A stretch of 64,000 bases of DNA, taken from assembly GCA_050250935.1 (NCBI GenBank), contig JBFWNS010000009.1, forward strand, positions 1 through 64,000. Direction: 5' to 3'. Under the pieces are notes generated by a model, which was given only the letters and a program-made list of their open reading frames with translations, ran no database searches and had not been told where the DNA came from. The position numbers and the translations under genes were made by a program. How positions within the stretch are numbered: position 1 is the stretch's first letter; each line of letters starts with the position of its first letter. Below are positions 1 through 9,556 of the stretch, piece after piece. This DNA comes from Candidatus Margulisiibacteriota bacterium. GTDB lineage: Bacteria > Margulisbacteria > Marinamargulisbacteria > JBFWNS01.

Positions 1-715
1 TTGCAATTGCAGACGCCATGGGAACACCGATTCCCAACACACCGCGTGTGGTACAGGCGGCGCCGGGCCCGATGCCAATAAAGACAGCGCTTACGCCAGT
101 TCTCATCAGGTCTAGGGTAACTTCGTAAGTGGTGGAATTGCCAACCATCACGGGGATGGGCATGCTTTTAACAAAAGCCGCCAAATCCAGCGTCGTAGCG
201 CCTTCTTTTCCTTTGAAGCGTGGTGATACCACTGTGGACTGCACTAAAAACGCGTCAGCGCCAGCCTGAACAGCCAGTTTCCCCAAATGTTGGGCGCGAA
301 TTGGCGTTGCAGACACAATTGCAGGAACACCCTGTGCTTTAATTTCTTGAATACGCTTGATCACGAGCTCGTCTTTAATATCGTTTTCTTGGTAAATGTG
401 CTGCATCACAGACACATAGTCGGCTTTGCTGACAGATGCAATCTTTTTCAAAACCTCATCAGGGTTTTCATAGCGTGTTTGAACGCCTTCCAAATTCAAA
501 ACACCCGTTGCGCCAAATTGACCCAATAAACCTGCCATTTTTGGACTGACAACAGAGTCCATCGAAGACGCAATAATGGGCATTTCCAACTTAACACCAC
601 CAATGGTAACCGAAATGTCTACCAAATCGGGATCAATGGTCAATTCGGACGGAACTAAGGCAACTTCATCCAATCCATAGGCTCGATTGAATTGTTTGGC
701 TACACGGGTTGTCAT
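1..715 (-). CDS. guaB3: GuaB3-family IMP dehydrogenase-related protein (5' part; runs off the window edge)
   Basis: Not in the ORF track. Manual translation from ATG at 715 gives MTTRVAKQFNRAYGLDEVALVPSELTIDPDLVD...PIIASSMDSVVSP...GVLNLEGVQTRYE..., and near the edge GIGPGAACTTRGVLGIGVPM (IMPDH catalytic Cys loop). GGAG SD upstream. Confidence 0.9.
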   Translation of the reverse strand, partial: MTTRVAKQFNRAYGLDEVALVPSELTIDPDLVDISVTIGGVKLEMPIIASSMDSVVSPKMAGLLGQFGATGVLNLEGVQTRYENPDEVLKKIASVSKADYVSVMQHIYQENDIKDELVIKRIQEIKAQGVPAIVSATPIRAQHLGKLAVQAGADAFLVQSTVVSPRFKGKEGATTLDLAAFVKSMPIPVMVGNSTTYEVTLDLMRTGVSAVFIGIGPGAACTTRGVLGIGVPMASAIA

Positions 716-759
716 GGGTACTCCAAAAAGAAAGATTTTTGAAAAAAGATAATCTTGAG

Positions 760-788
760 ATCCTACCAAAGGCAGTCTGAGGTGTCAA
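760..788 (-). promoter_or_regulatory. sigma70-type promoter for guaB3
   Basis: Minus strand TTGACA-17 nt-TAGGAT, with TG at the extended -10 position. Confidence 0.75.
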
Positions 789-850
789 TTCAAATAGCCT
801 CTAGATGTTCCTTAGAAACCCTTGTCCCATTTCACTTCGCATAATAAATA

Positions 851-1975
851 TTATGTTGCATTTAGTGATTTTTCTAGAAAAGCCGTGGCGCAAGCCGTTG
901 CCCAAACATTGGTCATGGTTCGTATACCGCACCACAGACCATCAAAAACCAGGAAAATACCGAGTCCTTCCAGTGGCAAATTGAATATGCTAAGCAGAAT
1001 AACCAAGCTTAAAATCCAACCTCTGGACAATCCAGCCGTCATCATCCAAACCATTAAAACCAAGGGCAAAATCAGCAGAAAATTGGCCAGGGACAGCGCT
1101 AAACCATACTTTGATAGCAATAAACAAAAAGCTGTAGCACTAAAAATTAAGGTTCCTTGGGCGTTAAATCTAGCCCCAAGCGGCAGAACAAAACTAACAA
1201 CCCGGTTCGAAAATCGCTGATGGGCCATGAGCAGATCCATAACTACTGGGGTCAAGACCTCGATATTTGCGCTGACTACACTGGACATAAAACTGGGAAT
1301 CAAGGCATTAAAAAACCGTAAAAAATTAAGCTTTAAAATACCAAACACCATCCCCAGCAAACACAGGCAAAACGCAATCATGGCCAGGGCTGCAAGCCCC
1401 CCATACACCACCATGGTTTTAAGTCCCACAAAGCCTTCTTTGGACACAGCAACCGCTACGAAAGAAAAAATAGCCGCTGGGATTCCCTTCATCACCCAAC
1501 CCCAAATGGTGGTTAAACTCAAATTCACCGCTTCAGACAAATTAAAAAAATAAAGCGATCGACTGTCATTCCCCAGGGCTGCTGTACTGCCCATCGCCAA
1601 GCTTACACCGGCAACCCAAACCAAAGGCGATGCTTGACTTAGACTCTCCCATTTTGGAAAGGCCATTCCCATAAACCCTTCTTTTAAGAAGTCCAAAGCC
1701 ACGCCACAGATCAAACAGGACAAAACCGTCATCAGCATAAAAATCAGGGTGGTTTTGGCGGTTAAACTTGAACGGGATTTCAAACTTGTTTGTCTGAAAC
1801 TTTTTACGATCAGAACGGCCACTACCGGTAGCGTCAGGGTTTTTAACAGCATCAAAAAGAAACTGCTAAAGAGTGAAAACCAAGACACATATTCAGGCCA
1901 AAAAAGCCCACAAATCAGGCCAAAGGCAATGGCAATCAGGTGTAAACTTAGGGTCCCATTCCGAAAAAGTGACAT
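851..1975 (-). CDS. Dicarboxylate/amino acid:cation symporter (SDF/GltP family), divergent
   Basis: Multi-TM protein with FVLPLGARFNAQGT and D...RTMTNV motifs. Start moved to MSLFRN (1975). Confidence 0.7.
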   Translation of the reverse strand: MSLFRNGTLSLHLIAIAFGLICGLFWPEYVSWFSLFSSFFLMLLKTLTLPVVAVLIVKSFRQTSLKSRSSLTAKTTLIFMLMTVLSCLICGVALDFLKEGFMGMAFPKWESLSQASPLVWVAGVSLAMGSTAALGNDSRSLYFFNLSEAVNLSLTTIWGWVMKGIPAAIFSFVAVAVSKEGFVGLKTMVVYGGLAALAMIAFCLCLLGMVFGILKLNFLRFFNALIPSFMSSVVSANIEVLTPVVMDLLMAHQRFSNRVVSFVLPLGARFNAQGTLIFSATAFCLLLSKYGLALSLANFLLILPLVLMVWMMTAGLSRGWILSLVILLSIFNLPLEGLGIFLVFDGLWCGIRTMTNVWATACATAFLEKSLNAT

Positions 1976-1980
1976 AAACC

Positions 1981-1989
1981 TGGTATAAT
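1981..1989 (+). promoter_or_regulatory. Extended -10 promoter, probably giving a leaderless transcript of the lytic transglycosylase
   Basis: TGgTATAAT 7 nt before ATG 1997; no SD. Confidence 0.65.
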
Positions 1990-1996
1990 ACAACCA

Positions 1997-2680
1997 ATGT
2001 TGCCTAAAAAAGTAGTCCTACTTTCTGGTTTTCTGTGGTTGATTCTTCTGATTCCCTGCCACGGACAGCCCTTGCCTTCGGCACTGATCTCTAGCGAAAA
2101 CGCCGAAGTATCGCCAAATACAGCCGTTTCTACTCCCCCACCCTTTACGGTCGATGCTTCGTCTCAAAAAGCAATTGTGGCTTATATTCAACAACATCAC
2201 CGCAACGTTCCACTGGGCGAAGCTCAAGAGATTGCCAAACACATTATCCTTCAATCTGAAAAACAAGACATAGATCCCATGTTTACAGCCGCTGTGATTT
2301 CGGCCGAATCGGGGTTTAACCGAAAAGCCGTCAGCCGATCTGGGGCCAAGGGGCTGGGACAATTAACCCCACCCACCTATCGGCATTTGAATGTGACCAA
2401 TCCCTTTGATATCGAACAGAATGTTACGGCAACCACGGTTTATTTGGGCAATCTACTCGACATGTGGAAAAACAGTGCCCAGCAAGAAACCCTTGCTTTG
2501 GCATCCTATTTAAGGGGCTATGTTCGCATCAAACGATCGGGGGGAAAACTGGATCGTTTTGCCAGCCGATATACCCAAGAGGTTTTAAGACGTTATAACG
2601 AGCTTAAGAATAAACATCAGCAATTTGAAACGGCAGAGGCTGCGACGCCATCAAGCCCTTCAATACAATCTAAAAAATAA
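1997..2680 (+). CDS. Lytic transglycosylase (SLT domain), exported
   Basis: N-terminal signal peptide; AVISAESGFNRKAVSRSGAKGLGQL and NPFDIEQNV SLT motifs. Confidence 0.9.
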   Translation: MLPKKVVLLSGFLWLILLIPCHGQPLPSALISSENAEVSPNTAVSTPPPFTVDASSQKAIVAYIQQHHRNVPLGEAQEIAKHIILQSEKQDIDPMFTAAVISAESGFNRKAVSRSGAKGLGQLTPPTYRHLNVTNPFDIEQNVTATTVYLGNLLDMWKNSAQQETLALASYLRGYVRIKRSGGKLDRFASRYTQEVLRRYNELKNKHQQFETAEAATPSSPSIQSKK

Positions 2681-2753
2681 ATACATGTTCTGATGACTTT
2701 TTCTCGATGCCCTCTACTGTAGGACACTTTAACTCGAAAAGGACTGTATACCC

Positions 2754-3644
2754 ATGCAAGCACCGTCCCTATTTTCTCTGCTCAATCCAACCGCTGCCAA
2801 AACAGGCTTATCGGCCGGAGCAACCCTTCCAGGGGGAACCTCGTCCGGACAAAGTTTTCAATCCATTTTAAGCCAGGCTCAATCCAATTTAAGCAACATT
2901 AATTTTAGCAGTGGGGTTACCCTTGATGAGGGAGACGATAGTGGCGCAAGTGCAACGTCGTCACTGTTAAGTTCTAGCCTGGGAGGCAGTTCTTCGCTTT
3001 CAGATGGATTGGATGTCACGAGTGGTATTTTGTCCGGTATTAAACTTCAAATCGCCAGTAAAATTCAGGAAATGAGCCTGAAAGAACAAGACAGAACGGA
3101 ATTGGTTAAATTGGTTCAAGAAGCCGCTCAGCTTAAAAAATTCCCCCTCTCTGCCGAAGACCTTAAACAAAAAACAGATGCACTGCTTCACTATGGCGTC
3201 GGTCTGATTAATCAGATTAAATCCGAAACAAGCGAAGCCAATAAAAATGCCGAAGAAAAAAGCCTGATTCAAGTACTCTATGTGCTGTTTGGCTATGCAA
3301 AATCGGGAAGCCCAGAAAGCATTACCGATATGACCAGTTATATTAAAGAGTTGCCAGTCACCTCTAAGATTCCGAATTTTATTTATCAATTGCTGGGTCA
3401 GCTGGTGAATGGCCAAGAGGGGCTGCCCGACAACCAGGATTTCGAAGCCGCTTTGGATGACATTAAAAGCCTTGCACACAAAGCCGCACCATCGGATTCC
3501 AGTTCTGAAGAGGCCATGGGTTTTTCGATGACTGACGAACAAAAATCGATCTTAAAATCCCAGCTGGCCGATTTAAATACAGATTCAGCCATCCAGTTGC
3601 TGGCTCAATTGAATACCGATGGACAGGTTTCGGCCAGCGCTTAA
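2754..3644 (+). CDS. Hypothetical protein, Ser/Gly-rich N-terminus plus helical domain
   Basis: 296-aa ORF with an AAGGA SD-like sequence; no recognisable family. Confidence 0.7.
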   Translation: MQAPSLFSLLNPTAAKTGLSAGATLPGGTSSGQSFQSILSQAQSNLSNINFSSGVTLDEGDDSGASATSSLLSSSLGGSSSLSDGLDVTSGILSGIKLQIASKIQEMSLKEQDRTELVKLVQEAAQLKKFPLSAEDLKQKTDALLHYGVGLINQIKSETSEANKNAEEKSLIQVLYVLFGYAKSGSPESITDMTSYIKELPVTSKIPNFIYQLLGQLVNGQEGLPDNQDFEAALDDIKSLAHKAAPSDSSSEEAMGFSMTDEQKSILKSQLADLNTDSAIQLLAQLNTDGQVSASA

Positions 3645-4036
3645 ATCGCCTTGGATTTAAACAGCATACTGACCAGAGATTGCTTGTAGAGCAAGACCCT
3701 GTACTTTTTGCTGATTGGGGCTGCATGATTGAGTCGAACAACCAAATTGCCATTGTCTAGGAACTGCTTTTGTTCGATATCGTACCCTTCGAAGGGCTGT
3801 TCTTGGGTTTGAATTGAAAGCGATTTTTTACCGGCCAGGAGTGGCACAAACTTTGAATCCACCACGGCTTTGTTGCCCTGAACATGGATCGGGACAGAAA
3901 TTGCGATGGGAAACAAGGCCACATACGTACACCCCATCACCAAAAAAAGAATCAGACCAATCAGGGCCACTTCGATTTTGTGAATGAAGGTATCAAAATT
4001 TTTATGCGCCAAAGCCTCGATCCAGCGGCTAAACAT
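3641..4036 (-). CDS. Small single-TM protein coupled to the ABC exporter (possible minimal membrane-fusion/accessory protein)
   Basis: Start ATG 4036 overlaps the ABC gene stop; one TM helix followed by a beta-rich domain. Confidence 0.6.
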   Translation of the reverse strand: MFSRWIEALAHKNFDTFIHKIEVALIGLILFLVMGCTYVALFPIAISVPIHVQGNKAVVDSKFVPLLAGKKSLSIQTQEQPFEGYDIEQKQFLDNGNLVVRLNHAAPISKKYRVLLYKQSLVSMLFKSKAI

Positions 4037-6179
4037 GTAGATTCTCCTGTAGGGTTTCTTGCAACGATTCGATGGTGTCTTCTGGCACACATTGGTGAAC
4101 CTGCCACTTGACTTCGATGGGACGGCCTTCGATATGCCTGAACACCTGGGTTTTGAGATAGGATTGAAGGCGGGTTAAGGCCATGGTTGCGCCTTCCAAA
4201 TTGGTTTCTGGAAACGCCACCCAGAACAGCCCGTCGGTTTGATAGGCGCAGTAGTCCACTTCTCTTAGAAAGAGGCTCATGGTGATGGCCAAATCGTCGA
4301 TAAAATGATCGTAGACATTGGGGTCGAGATTCGCCTCGATTTTGGTGATGTCTTGAATGGCCACAACGCCAACCGACAACGGTCGTTCATAACGACGCAT
4401 GGATTTGAGTAGAAAAGTAACCTGCTGCAAAAACTGTTGAAATCCACCAAATTGTAATTCATAGAGCTTGAAAAATAATCCTTTTTTGGCCATCAATTCG
4501 GGAACACTGCCCTTTTCGGAAATGGTGCCATCGTTGCTGATGACCACCACTTGGTCGACCAATTTAATGGCGGTTAAACGATGCGCAATGATAATGACGG
4601 TTTTTTTGCCCTTGAATCGTTCAAGGGTACGCTGAATTTGTTTTTCGGATTCGCTGTCCAGTGCCGAAGTAGCCTCGTCAAAAATGATGATTTTAGGGTC
4701 TTTAATGAGGGCTCTGGCTATGGCAATGCGTTGGCGTTGGCCACTGGACAAGAAAGAACCTCGAGGTCCAACACGGGTGTTAAAGCCTTCGGGCAGGTTC
4801 ATAATAAAGTCGTAGGCGTCGGCTTGCTTGGCCGCTTCGATCATGTGGTCTTCGGTGATTTTTTCGTGGGCACCAAACAAAATATTTTCTTTGATGCTAT
4901 CGTCCAACAAATACGCATCTTGGGAAATCAGCCCAATTTGCTCGCGCAAACTGGAAAGCCGAATCTGCTCGATGGGCATGTCATCGATTAAAATTCGGCC
5001 TGAAGAATGGGGATAGAACCGTAAAATCAGATCGATAATACTGCTTTTACCAATGCCCGATTTGCCCACGATGGCCAGGGATTTTCCTTGATCGACCTGG
5101 AAGCTGAGGTCTTTGAGAAACTGGGTTTCTGGCGTATAGCCAAAGCCAACGGCATCAAACTTGAGGTTCCCTTGGATGCTTAGGTTTGTCCCTTCGGCAT
5201 CTTGTTCGTGATACTCTTCGGGATGGTCCAAAATCTCGATGATGCGCTGAAACGACACTTGCGAGGTCACAAATTCGGTATAAAGACTGGCCAAATTTTC
5301 GAAGGGAGATTGCAGCATGGCAATGTAAGAGGTGATGGCCACCACCTCCCCCACAGTTAATTGCCCGCTGATGACACAGTAGCCCGTATAAAACCCAACA
5401 ATCAACGTCCAAAACCGATTGATTAATATCGAGAACACCGTCTGAAACGAGGTGGTAATTTTGGCTTTTCTTTCGACTTTAAAGAGCTTTAATAGCTGAA
5501 TAATGAACCGCTCAATTTCTTGCTTGCCTCGGTGAAACAACTTGATGAGTTTGATATTTGAGAGGCGCTCTTGAAGCAATTCGTAGAGCCGAGACCCCAT
5601 TTCCCGATTTTCGACGTTGATATGCCGTAATATCCCCGAAAAAAAATGGGTCTGATAAAAGTAGATGGGAATCCCAACCAGGGCCAAAAAAGTTAAAGTC
5701 TTGTTCATTGAAAAACAGATGACCAACAAAAAGGTCAGCTTAAACAAGACACTTAAAAAGCTGGGAACCATAGTGAGGATGGAATGTTGGACCACTTGCA
5801 GGTCGTCCGTCATCCGAAAAATGATGTCCCCTACTTTGTGTTCGTTGTAAAACCCAATGGGAATACGCTGCAGCTTTGCATACAGGGTGCTGTAGAGTTT
5901 TTTAAACAGCGATTGATCGACAAACAAGTCCAAAAACGAGCGAAAAATAACCAGAAAATTAAAAGAAACAGCCAATAAAAAAGGCAAAAGCGAGAAAATA
6001 AACAACAGATTTAGGTCTTTATAGGGATAAGCATAGTCAAACAACACCCTCAAAATCAAGGGCGGCAACAGAATGCCGATGGTAACCAAATTTTCGACAA
6101 TAAAGCTTAAAAGAATTTTATCCCAATACGGCAGTACAAACCCAGTAAAACGGAAAAATAAGGTCAGATTTTTTCTCAT
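4029..6179 (-). CDS. ABC exporter (TMD+NBD) with C-terminal degenerate GGDEF-like domain
   Basis: TM domain; Walker A GKSGIGKS, signature LSSGQRQR, Walker B IIIFDEATSALD; C-terminal RRYERPLSV...LREVDYCAYQTDGLFWVAFPETNLEGA. Confidence 0.88.
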   Translation of the reverse strand: MRKNLTLFFRFTGFVLPYWDKILLSFIVENLVTIGILLPPLILRVLFDYAYPYKDLNLLFIFSLLPFLLAVSFNFLVIFRSFLDLFVDQSLFKKLYSTLYAKLQRIPIGFYNEHKVGDIIFRMTDDLQVVQHSILTMVPSFLSVLFKLTFLLVICFSMNKTLTFLALVGIPIYFYQTHFFSGILRHINVENREMGSRLYELLQERLSNIKLIKLFHRGKQEIERFIIQLLKLFKVERKAKITTSFQTVFSILINRFWTLIVGFYTGYCVISGQLTVGEVVAITSYIAMLQSPFENLASLYTEFVTSQVSFQRIIEILDHPEEYHEQDAEGTNLSIQGNLKFDAVGFGYTPETQFLKDLSFQVDQGKSLAIVGKSGIGKSSIIDLILRFYPHSSGRILIDDMPIEQIRLSSLREQIGLISQDAYLLDDSIKENILFGAHEKITEDHMIEAAKQADAYDFIMNLPEGFNTRVGPRGSFLSSGQRQRIAIARALIKDPKIIIFDEATSALDSESEKQIQRTLERFKGKKTVIIIAHRLTAIKLVDQVVVISNDGTISEKGSVPELMAKKGLFFKLYELQFGGFQQFLQQVTFLLKSMRRYERPLSVGVVAIQDITKIEANLDPNVYDHFIDDLAITMSLFLREVDYCAYQTDGLFWVAFPETNLEGATMALTRLQSYLKTQVFRHIEGRPIEVKWQVHQCVPEDTIESLQETLQENLHV

Positions 6180-6724
6180 GCGGTGCAGACCATCCGTTCG
6201 CTTAGATTTTGGGCCACGGTGTCGGATTGCAGAACCCGAACCAGTTCTAGGGCAAAAGGCAGGGCCGTGCCAACCCCTCTGCTGGTAATGACGTTCCCAT
6301 CCACCACAACAGGCACTTCCACATACTCGCAGCTGACCAGTTTGGGGCGGGTACCTGGAAACGAGGTGGCTTTTTTACCTTGTAGTATGCCCAACGATTC
6401 CAAAATACGTGGCGCTGCGCAAATGGCGGCCACCCATTTTTGGGCCTTGTGATGGTTTTGAAGACAGTTTTTGACGGCTTGAGAAGCGGCTAGATGGGTG
6501 GTCCCAGGCTCTCCGCCTGGCAATACAACGGCATCAAACAGGGTTTCTTCGACCTCGCTTAGGAGGGCATCGGCAATCACCTGAAGGTCGTGAGCGCCGC
6601 GCACCAAATGTTGGTCCAAACTGGCGGTTACAACCTCGATTTTGGCCCGACGCAAAACATCCAATACGACGATGGCTTCAATTTCTTCGAACCCTGGGGC
6701 CAGCATTAGCAACGCTCTCGCCAT
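6176..6724 (-). CDS. DJ-1/YajL/ThiJ family protein
   Basis: GFEEIEA, VVLPGGEPG, AAICAAP, VITSRGVGTA motifs. Confidence 0.93.
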   Translation of the reverse strand: MARALLMLAPGFEEIEAIVVLDVLRRAKIEVVTASLDQHLVRGAHDLQVIADALLSEVEETLFDAVVLPGGEPGTTHLAASQAVKNCLQNHHKAQKWVAAICAAPRILESLGILQGKKATSFPGTRPKLVSCEYVEVPVVVDGNVITSRGVGTALPFALELVRVLQSDTVAQNLSERMVCTA

Positions 6725-6736
6725 CGGTACTCCCCT

Positions 6737-7768
6737 TTACTTGAATGGAATCGGCACAATCTTTGCAGGAATAGGTGTGTTTCGAATTATAACATGAACC
6801 ACAGATCCAACATCAGACACCTTTTTGGGCACTAGGGCCATGCCAATGGGCTTGTTAAGCAGCGGAGACAAGGTTCCGGAAGTCACTTCCCCACCCTCTT
6901 GAATGGCATAACCTTGGCGAGGAATTTGTCTTTCGGGCAATTCCAGGCCCACCGTTGTCCAGTCGTTGGTTGCCTGCAGGCGCTCTAGGGCTGCTTGCCC
7001 GATAAAACCAGATCCTTTCACGACCCAGCCATAGCGTGTCATGTGGGGGTGAATCGATTCTGAAAGTTCATGGCCATAAAGGGGGAGGCCAGCCTCGATT
7101 CGAAGGCTATCCCGGGCACCCAGCCCACAGGGAATTGCACCTTTACTTAGAAGCGCTTTCCAAACCTGGGGACAAGCTGCGTTGGCGACCAAAATTTCTA
7201 CCCCATCTTCGCCAGTGTAGCCGGTGCGCATCACCAATACGGTTGGGGAAAGGCGTTTAAGCCCAAAACGGGGCATGTCTTGGATCTCTGGAAACAGTTC
7301 AGTGGCCATGGCAAGGGCTTTTGGGCCTTGTAAAGCCATAAATCCATGGGTGGGACCCTGGTCTTCAATTTGAACACCATCGGTATTGTGCTGGGCCATC
7401 CACGCCAAAATCTTGGCTTTATTCGACGCATTCACCACCAAATAGAAACTGCCGTCGTCGCAGTACCCCACCATGATATCGTCTAGGATCATGCCGTCGG
7501 CATTTAGCATCATGCCATAGACCATTTTGTGGGCCAGGGCTTTGGCAACATCGTTACAAATGAGGGTTTGCAAAAAGGCTTGGGTATTGGGGCCAGTTAG
7601 GCGTAAAACGCCCATGTGGGAGATATCAAAAAGCCCTGCAGACTGTCGAACTGCCCTGTGCTCTTCTTGGATACTGGAATACCAAACCGGCATATCGAAA
7701 CCGGCAAATGGCGTCATTTTGGCTTTCAACGCCAGGTGTTCGTTGTGCAAGATGGTTTTGGTGGTCAT
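6737..7768 (-). CDS. gcvT: Glycine cleavage system aminomethyltransferase T
   Basis: FAGFDMPVWY, GLFDISHMG, RTGYTGEDG, GLGARDSLRIEAGLPLYG. Start at MTTKT with GGAG SD. Confidence 0.95.
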   Translation of the reverse strand: MTTKTILHNEHLALKAKMTPFAGFDMPVWYSSIQEEHRAVRQSAGLFDISHMGVLRLTGPNTQAFLQTLICNDVAKALAHKMVYGMMLNADGMILDDIMVGYCDDGSFYLVVNASNKAKILAWMAQHNTDGVQIEDQGPTHGFMALQGPKALAMATELFPEIQDMPRFGLKRLSPTVLVMRTGYTGEDGVEILVANAACPQVWKALLSKGAIPCGLGARDSLRIEAGLPLYGHELSESIHPHMTRYGWVVKGSGFIGQAALERLQATNDWTTVGLELPERQIPRQGYAIQEGGEVTSGTLSPLLNKPIGMALVPKKVSDVGSVVHVIIRNTPIPAKIVPIPFK

Positions 7769-8841
7769 ACTCGTCTCCTTATTAAGCTCAAACAACGTTC
7801 GTTTTGCTCGGGCAACCCGATGGTGATGCGAATGGCATTGGGCAATCCAAAACTTCCCAAATGCCGAATGATCAGCCCTTGGGTCATCAGCCATTCTACC
7901 AGGGGCTTTGCATCTTGAGTCCCTAACGCACAAATGAAATTGGCCTGGGTGGGTAGAATTGAAAAACCGAGCTCGGGCAACTCGGCTTGAAACCGTTTTA
8001 ATTCTGATTGGTTATTGTTCAGTGTTTTTTCAATAAAGCCGGCTTTTTCTAGGGCCAATTCGCCAGCCTTAAGGGCAATAGACCCCACATTGAAAGGCTG
8101 TTGAACCCGTTTTAACCAAGTTAGCACCTTAGCAGATGCCACGGCATACCCCAACCGAAAGCCCGCTAGCCCAAACAACTTCGAGAAGGTTCGGGTTATC
8201 ACCAAATTGGGAAACTGGTTTTGGAGCTCGACAGAGCGGGGAAAGGTGGGATCGGTTACAAACTCGGCATAAGCCTCGTCCACAACCACCAACACCTGCT
8301 CTGGAACCTTGGCCAAAAATTGGGCCAGTTCGTCGTGACTGATGCAGGTTCCGGTTGGATTATTGGGGTTGGCGATAAAAATAAGTTTGGTTGCTGGCGT
8401 AATGGCGGCCAAAAAACCCGGCAAATCATAGCGAAAATTGTTCATGGGAACCGTTTTAAACGGAACGCCCATCAACTTTGCGACAAATTCGTATTCAGAA
8501 AAAGTATGCTCGGAACTGAGAACCTCGTCGGTTGGATTTAAAAAAGCCAAGCCCAGCATTTGCAAAATTTCGTCGCTGCCATTGCCAAAAATCAGGTTAT
8601 CGGCAGAACAGCCCAAGCGTTGAGACAAGGTTTCGAACAACCGAGAAGAGGGTTGATGCGGGTACAACTGAGCCGATGTAATGACCTCTGATAATTCGGC
8701 AGCCGAAAGTGGGCATCCAAAGGGATTTTCGTTAGAGGCAAGTTTAATGGGGTTTTTGACACCAAATTCTCGAACCACATCTTGAATGGCTCTGCCAGGG
8801 GTATAAGGGGTTATGGCATCTAGATTGGGTCTGTGGAACAC
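7765..8841 (-). CDS. hisC: Histidinol-phosphate aminotransferase
   Basis: KLASNENP, GNGSDE, IANPNNPTG, VDEAYAEF, RTFSKLFGLAGFRLGY. GTG start at 8841 inferred from the promoter position. Confidence 0.93.
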   Translation of the reverse strand: MFHRPNLDAITPYTPGRAIQDVVREFGVKNPIKLASNENPFGCPLSAAELSEVITSAQLYPHQPSSRLFETLSQRLGCSADNLIFGNGSDEILQMLGLAFLNPTDEVLSSEHTFSEYEFVAKLMGVPFKTVPMNNFRYDLPGFLAAITPATKLIFIANPNNPTGTCISHDELAQFLAKVPEQVLVVVDEAYAEFVTDPTFPRSVELQNQFPNLVITRTFSKLFGLAGFRLGYAVASAKVLTWLKRVQQPFNVGSIALKAGELALEKAGFIEKTLNNNQSELKRFQAELPELGFSILPTQANFICALGTQDAKPLVEWLMTQGLIIRHLGSFGLPNAIRITIGLPEQNERCLSLIRRRV

Positions 8842-8848
8842 AGCTTGG

Positions 8849-8857
8849 ATTCTAGCA
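8849..8857 (-). promoter_or_regulatory. Extended -10 promoter, probably leaderless hisC
   Basis: TGcTAGAAT 7 nt upstream of GTG 8841. Confidence 0.55.
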
Positions 8858-8863
8858 TTTTTT

Positions 8864-9556
8864 TTACACCCGGCCAAGCCAAGTCAGGTAGAGCATGGTG
8901 GCTATCCAGAGTCCAAAAAAGGCGAGATCCCCGCCCATCAGCACCCCTTTTTGAAAAGCCGATAAATGCTCTAGAAACGAGAGATTAACCAAAACCGTCT
9001 GTAAGGTTCCCGATGTCAGACGCGACATCCAGCCCACAATCCACAATAAAAAGGACACGCCAAATTGTAACACCATGGCCATCGAGACCGAGCCCACCCA
9101 TCCAGAAAGCCAAAGACTGGTGGCCAACAAAGCACCGCCAAACAGCAGTAATCCCAAATAGCCAGAAGCAATCACTCCCCAGTCTGGCGTGCCCAGGAAG
9201 GCCAGGGTTAAGGGGTATGCCAAGCTACACCCCAGCAAAAGGCCATAGGCCGCAAACCCCGCCAAGAATTTGGAAATGACCAGTTGAAACGGTGAAATGG
9301 GCAAGCTTTTTAGCCAGGACAAAGTCCCCAATTGCCGCTCTTCACTGATTAATTTTGCCCCAATCATCGGGGCCAAAAACAAAACCAAAATAGACATGTT
9401 GTTAAACCAAAATCCCATCACTGTGACGGTTTGGGTATAAAACAACAACAAACAAAAAAAATAGCTGCCCAGGACCAAAAAAACGCCCAATAAGGCATAA
9501 AGCCATAGACTATTCAGGTAAAGTTGCCATTCTTTTTTAAACAGAGTCCAAATCAT
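8864..9556 (-). CDS. ABC-2 type permease (GldF-like)
   Basis: MIWTLFKKEW...ISEERQLGTL..L.SLPIS...LVISKF; about 6 TM. Confidence 0.85.
   Translation of the reverse strand: MIWTLFKKEWQLYLNSLWLYALLGVFLVLGSYFFCLLLFYTQTVTVMGFWFNNMSILVLFLAPMIGAKLISEERQLGTLSWLKSLPISPFQLVISKFLAGFAAYGLLLGCSLAYPLTLAFLGTPDWGVIASGYLGLLLFGGALLATSLWLSGWVGSVSMAMVLQFGVSFLLWIVGWMSRLTSGTLQTVLVNLSFLEHLSAFQKGVLMGGDLAFFGLWIATMLYLTWLGRV

Noticed and set aside
287..1988. Plus-strand ORFs 287-529, 822-1220, 1227-1553 and 1749-1988
   Set aside because: Antisense shadows of guaB3 and the symporter; no motifs
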